A DNA stretch of 64,000 nt from Desulfurococcaceae archaeon (lineage in GTDB: Archaea > Thermoproteota > Thermoprotei_A > Sulfolobales > Desulfurococcaceae), in contig JAWBAI010000008.1 of the NCBI GenBank assembly GCA_038816475.1, positions 9,400-73,399 of the forward strand. Reading direction: 5' to 3'. Under the pieces are notes generated by a model. That model searched no databases and had not been told where the DNA came from. It saw only the letters and a program-made list of their open reading frames with translations. The first letter of the stretch is position 1. The number at the start of each line of letters is the position of its first letter. The position numbers and the translations under genes were made by a program. Shown here piece after piece: positions 59,840 to 64,000 of this stretch.

Positions 59840-59967
59840 CAGTCACTATTACCTTTTAGTCTTTTTGATCACTTCGAGATCGCACTCACGATCAGCCGTG
59901 AACAGGTTCTCCCTCCTCTCATTGACCAAAGCAATCAAAAAGACTGAGAGTCAATAGGATAAGACTG
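59840..59967. repeat. Long imperfect inverted repeat (arms about 38-41 bp)
   Basis: CTTTTAGTCTTTTTGAT (59853-59869) versus ATCAAAAAGACTGAGAG (59934-59950), extended by CTATT/AATAG and CAGTC/GACTG. Confidence 0.7.
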
Positions 59968-60001
59968 GGGTTTTTGTTGTTTATAGAGCTGGGGGTTGTT
60001 T

Positions 60002-60532
60002 ATGGAGAAAGATCTGCTTGAGTTACTGAGAAAAATGTTCGGCACGGATCTCGAGAAGAAAAGGGGTAAAGAAGGTCTGGTACTCGAGAAGATAGAACCT
60101 GATTCACCGCACGGGATCTACGTGTACGATTTCTCAACTGAGAAGTGGGTTCTCAAGCAGGTATCAGGCAACCCGAATCTACCGTGGGGTGATGGCTACT
60201 ACCTGGTATACTTCGATAACGCTAGGTGCCCAGCCTGCAGGTCCTATGATAACCACTGGTTTCCGTTTGTTAAGATATTCGGTGGAATGTTCAAGGAGTT
60301 CAATTACGTGGTAGTACTTTGCGATTGGTTCGCACGCGAGTGCGTTTCCGAAGCAGCAAGCTCAGCGTTCAGGAAGTTCGATATACATGCGTCACCGACA
60401 ACACTCATACTTCAGGTTGTTAACGGGCAGATAGTTAGGAAAGAAGAGATAAGTGGTGTTAAGAAGTTAAACGAGCTACTGGAGAAGGTTACGGAGTTCA
60501 CCGGGGGATCTACCATTGCAAAACCCACCTGA
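60002..60532 (+). CDS. Thioredoxin-fold protein
   Basis: VYFDNARCPACR, FDIHASPT cis-Pro loop. Confidence 0.8.
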   Translation: MEKDLLELLRKMFGTDLEKKRGKEGLVLEKIEPDSPHGIYVYDFSTEKWVLKQVSGNPNLPWGDGYYLVYFDNARCPACRSYDNHWFPFVKIFGGMFKEFNYVVVLCDWFARECVSEAASSAFRKFDIHASPTTLILQVVNGQIVRKEEISGVKKLNELLEKVTEFTGGSTIAKPT

Positions 60533-61331
60533 TGTTCACAACGAGAAGCCCAGGTATCCTTTGAGAATATGTAGAGCTGGAATTAAGGGAGTAAAGCTAC
60601 TACCAGCTAAAGTAGGCGACTACTGGATTACACCTTCACTCAGCGTTCTCGTAGATTTACCGGAGAACTTGAGAGGGGTGCACGTATCTCGATTGTACAG
60701 AACTGTGTACGAAGTTTTCACAGCTATGGGTAAACTGGACTACGAGTTTCTCGATGCTCTAGCAACAAAGCTTCTAGAAGTTCACAAGGCGTCATCAACT
60801 GTGGATGTTGAAGTTTCAGCGAACGTGATAGGCAAAGGTAACCTGGAGTTCTCGGCGCACAGAGGCATATCAATGAGACTAGTAAAGAACAGAGGTGGTG
60901 AAAAAACGATGTTCTCCTCTGTTTCCTTCGTGGTAATAGCTGCATGCCCCTGCGCTCTCACCGTATCCGAGCACATGTACTCGAAACCCTATACGCATAA
61001 CTCCAGAATGAAGGTCGTAGTTACGCTGAGATCAAAGGAGTACGTGCCCTCACCAATAGAGCTCCTAGAGCTTTACAACAATGTGTTTTTAACCCCAAGG
61101 AACTACCTTAACAGGGTTGAGGAAGCAGAGTACGTGAAAAACCTTGTTGAAACACCGCGCTTTGCTGAAGACGTAGCAAGAGAAGCTGCGTACACCGTGC
61201 TCGAGAGGTACTCGAAACTTCTAGGTAGGGATGGGGCTGTTTTCGTTACGGTTAGGAGTGAAGAGCCTCATCACGAGTTTAAACTAGCTGTGAATTTGAA
61301 GATGAGCACCAGCGATCACCAGTTAAATTAG
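60516..61331 (+). CDS. GTP cyclohydrolase FolE2/MptA family
   Basis: PDVH, RGVHVSR, ACPCA, HNSR, PRFAEDVARE, SEEPHH. Confidence 0.8.
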   Translation: MQNPPDVHNEKPRYPLRICRAGIKGVKLLPAKVGDYWITPSLSVLVDLPENLRGVHVSRLYRTVYEVFTAMGKLDYEFLDALATKLLEVHKASSTVDVEVSANVIGKGNLEFSAHRGISMRLVKNRGGEKTMFSSVSFVVIAACPCALTVSEHMYSKPYTHNSRMKVVVTLRSKEYVPSPIELLELYNNVFLTPRNYLNRVEEAEYVKNLVETPRFAEDVAREAAYTVLERYSKLLGRDGAVFVTVRSEEPHHEFKLAVNLKMSTSDHQLN

Positions 61332-61332
61332 C

Positions 61333-61349
61333 GCAATAACAATGTTATC
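61333..61349 (+). promoter_or_regulatory. Palindromic operator upstream of thiC (ThiR-like site)
   Basis: GCAATAACAATGTTATC, core ATAAC-N3-GTTAT, 15/17 identical to the thi4 site. Confidence 0.65.
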
Positions 61350-61396
61350 GTTGCATATTTTAATCTCTACAACAATACCTCAACGTGGTGGTGTTT

Positions 61397-62728
61397 ATGG
61401 GTTTAATAACGGAAGCAAGCTCGAGCAGTACTGTTGATGTTCTAATGGAGTTGGCAAAACTGGAGAACGTTGACTACGAATCTTTGAGAAGAAGAGTTGC
61501 TCAGGGTAAAGTTGTCGTTCCCCGTAACGTGACAAAGAGGAAGGCTAAGCTAGTGGGTATTGGAGAAGGCTTAACCACTAAGGTAAACGTGAACGTTGGA
61601 ACCAGTGGTGTATACGTTGACCTCGAGCTGGAGCTTCAAAAGGTTAAGGTCTCAGTAGAACACGGAACGGACACGATCATGGACCTGAGCACGGGCGGGG
61701 ACCTCGACGAGATCAGGAGAAGACTCATGGAAGCCTCTGAGGGAACACCCTTCGGCACGGTTCCCACATACCAAGCGTGGATATACGGTGTTAGAAGATA
61801 TGGAAACGTGGCGAGTATCCCCGAGGACTGGTTTCTGGAGGTCGTGGAAAGGCATCTGAGGGACGGCGTAGACTTCATGACCATACACGCAGCGATCACG
61901 AGAGACCTAGCGCTAAAAGCTGTTAACAGCCAAAGAATAATGCCGATCGTTAGCAGAGGCGGCTCCATGATCGCTGCATGGATGATTGAAACCGGCAAGG
62001 AGAACCCATACTACTCTCAGTGGACGCACTTACTGGAGTTGTTCAGAGAGTACGATGCAGTGATAAGCCTAGGTGATGCGCTGAGACCAGGAGCCACAGC
62101 TGATGCTCACGACGAACTACAGATATCCGAACTCATCGTGAACTCCAGGCTAGCTAGGGATGCTGTGCAAAGAGGTGTTCAGGTCATGATTGAGGGACCT
62201 GGACACATGACGATGGACAAAGTGGTAGCAGATGTTAAGCTGATGAAGAGCTTATCTGGTGGAGTACCATACTATGTTCTTGGGCCACTAGTAACGGACA
62301 TAGCAGCTGGATATGACCATATAGCGTCAGCTATAGGAGCAGCTATAGCAGTAGCAGCCGGCGCAGACCTCATATGCTACCTAACACCAGCAGAGCATCT
62401 TGGACTACCGGATGTTGAACAGGTTAAAGAAGGCCTCATAGCTGCTAAAATAGCCGCTCACGCGGGAGACCTGGTGAAACTCGGTAGGAAAGCTGCTTTA
62501 AGGGATATTGTGATAAGTATTGCACGAGCCAAGCTTAACTGGGATAGTCAAATCAAGTACACGCTTGACCCTGAGAAAGCAGCTAAGATTAGAAGCCAGT
62601 TCGGTAGTGCTGCACTAAAATCCTGCACCATGTGTGGTCAATACTGCGTATTCCTGCTACTAGACAAGTACACCAGCACTAGGAGAGAACCCACGGTGGA
62701 AGAACTACTGGAAAGGTACAAGGGGTGA
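61397..62728 (+). CDS. thiC: Phosphomethylpyrimidine synthase
   Basis: [45 protein letters not shown]. Confidence 0.96.
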   Translation: MGLITEASSSSTVDVLMELAKLENVDYESLRRRVAQGKVVVPRNVTKRKAKLVGIGEGLTTKVNVNVGTSGVYVDLELELQKVKVSVEHGTDTIMDLSTGGDLDEIRRRLMEASEGTPFGTVPTYQAWIYGVRRYGNVASIPEDWFLEVVERHLRDGVDFMTIHAAITRDLALKAVNSQRIMPIVSRGGSMIAAWMIETGKENPYYSQWTHLLELFREYDAVISLGDALRPGATADAHDELQISELIVNSRLARDAVQRGVQVMIEGPGHMTMDKVVADVKLMKSLSGGVPYYVLGPLVTDIAAGYDHIASAIGAAIAVAAGADLICYLTPAEHLGLPDVEQVKEGLIAAKIAAHAGDLVKLGRKAALRDIVISIARAKLNWDSQIKYTLDPEKAAKIRSQFGSAALKSCTMCGQYCVFLLLDKYTSTRREPTVEELLERYKG

Positions 62729-63258
62729 ACTCCTTGAGCTGTGGTAGAGATACAAGCAGTGAAAACAGTGGAAGATCCTCGTGGATCTGGAGTACATGGG
62801 CTAAGGCACCACATCTGGAGAACTCGGAGGTACTTGTTGTTTCAGCATGTCTCCCGGTTGTAAACCCTGAGCTCTTCAAGAGACTGGCTGAGGGCAGAAA
62901 TGTTCTCTTCGCGTGTCCCGAGCGAGAGAGCGCAGCCTACTACGGTAAGCTGGCGAGCATGATCAGGTCTACGAAGCCTAGAAGGCTCATCGTTGTAACA
63001 ATAGATGGGAGTCCTCACTGCTTCACGCTTCAAGCATCAGTGAACGAAGCTGAGTACATTCTAGGTGAGAAGCTGGAGAAAGAGCACTACGTAGTAGTAG
63101 ACGGTGTTGAGCTCAAGAAAATAAGTCCCGATGCAGTGAGATTAGCGAGATACCTTAGCATAGTTAACAGTATTATCGAGAAGAACCCTGAGGTACTCGA
63201 AGAGTTGGTCAAGCACAGCAAGGAATACCAGTTATCTAGGTCTTTGAAGAACAAGTGA
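62725..63258 (+). CDS. Cys-containing putative Fe-S-associated protein
   Basis: SACLP, FACPE, DGSPHC motifs; GTGA overlap with thiC stop. Confidence 0.65.
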   Translation: MNSLSCGRDTSSENSGRSSWIWSTWAKAPHLENSEVLVVSACLPVVNPELFKRLAEGRNVLFACPERESAAYYGKLASMIRSTKPRRLIVVTIDGSPHCFTLQASVNEAEYILGEKLEKEHYVVVDGVELKKISPDAVRLARYLSIVNSIIEKNPEVLEELVKHSKEYQLSRSLKNK

Positions 63259-63413
63259 AAACCAAAATACACGAGAAGCGATCCGAATGTGCATATCCGT
63301 TGAAAAGATTTCGTCAGGGTTCATCAGCGAACAAAAGCGCGTGACACTTCTACCCATCAAAATAAGGGATAAGAGAAGAGAGTTTATCTCAAATTAGCAA
63401 CGGCTGGTCCAGG

Positions 63414-64000
63414 TTGAGGTTTGAAGACATCGTTATTGATGGATTCAGAGTAAGATTGTTTCACATCGGCGGTTTAAAGGTGGGAGTAGCGCTTGACATT
63501 GGACCTAGGATACTCTACCTGGCTTTGAACAACGATCAGTTCAACCTGTTTAGCACAGTACCTGATGTTCAAATAGAAACACCAGATGGATTGTGGCGAA
63601 TATACGGTGGACACAGGTTGTGGACTGCGCCAGAGAGCTTTCCAAGAACTTACTCCATCGATGATAAACCTGTTACCATCAGCGTAGATGAGAACAGCGT
63701 AGTTATAACGGGTAATCCAGAGCACCAGAATAGTGTACTCAAGAGGATCAGGTTAGAACCGGGGGATGACGAGTACTCGTTAAAGGTAATACACGAAGTT
63801 GTTAACATAGGAAGATGGCCGATAGAGTTTGCTTGCTGGGCTATTTCGGTGATGCAACCTGGCGGTACAGCCGTAGTTCCTCTAAAACCCAGAAAAATCG
63901 ATAAGCACGGTCTTCTCCCCGATAGAGTAATATCCGTGTGGCCTTACACTAAGCTTAATGATCCAAGGATCAAACTAGGCGAAGACTACATCGTAGTTGA
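63414..64000 (+). CDS. Partial CDS, DUF4380/aldose-epimerase-like beta-sandwich protein, runs off the window
   Basis: Open from TTG 63414: ..DIGPRILYL..NLF..WRIYGGHRLWTAPE..RTYSIDD..; absent from ORF track because no stop in the window. Confidence 0.75.
   Translation, partial: MRFEDIVIDGFRVRLFHIGGLKVGVALDIGPRILYLALNNDQFNLFSTVPDVQIETPDGLWRIYGGHRLWTAPESFPRTYSIDDKPVTISVDENSVVITGNPEHQNSVLKRIRLEPGDDEYSLKVIHEVVNIGRWPIEFACWAISVMQPGGTAVVPLKPRKIDKHGLLPDRVISVWPYTKLNDPRIKLGEDYIVV

Noticed and set aside
63300-63345. Minus-strand CTGATGA...GAAA resembling a hammerhead core or C/D boxes
   Set aside because: No stem II can form between the motifs and no convincing box C lies at the right distance
63474-63725. 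Minus-strand 83-aa ORF and the many other short antisense ORFs in the track
   Set aside because: Shadows of well-supported genes on the opposite strand
1-64000. CRISPR arrays, cas genes, transposases, rRNA, inteins
   Set aside because: No regularly spaced repeats or diagnostic motifs seen; protein lengths are normal for their families

Overview
Mostly core-chromosome segment of a hyperthermophilic crenarchaeon, by inference Desulfurococcales-like (TBP, Hjc, PINA, Taw1, PBP2-like protein, tRNA without encoded CCA, GGTGA/GGAGG ribosome-binding sites, many TTG/GTG starts). It holds about 55 CDS for DNA repair and replication, two ABC transporters, amino-acid fermentation (iorAB, thiolase, carboxyltransferase, BCCP), thiamine synthesis (thi4, thiC), galT/galK-like genes and several membrane-anchored surface enzymes, plus tRNA-Lys(CTT). 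Reading the intergenic DNA revealed six box C/D guide sRNA candidates, a K-turn hairpin, a 17-bp palindrome shared by thi4 and thiC, a likely operator next to a membrane-anchored regulator, a vapC pseudogene, a long decayed inverted repeat and a window-truncated CDS absent from the ORF track. I saw no CRISPR array, integrase or transposase. The best candidates for undescribed biology are the HD-galT-galK-like/glycosylase-like run, the surface phosphoesterase/DOMON/AfuABC-like cluster and a stand-alone cyclase-palm-like protein. All calls come from motif recognition by eye; no searches were run and rRNA targets rely on recalled consensus sequence.
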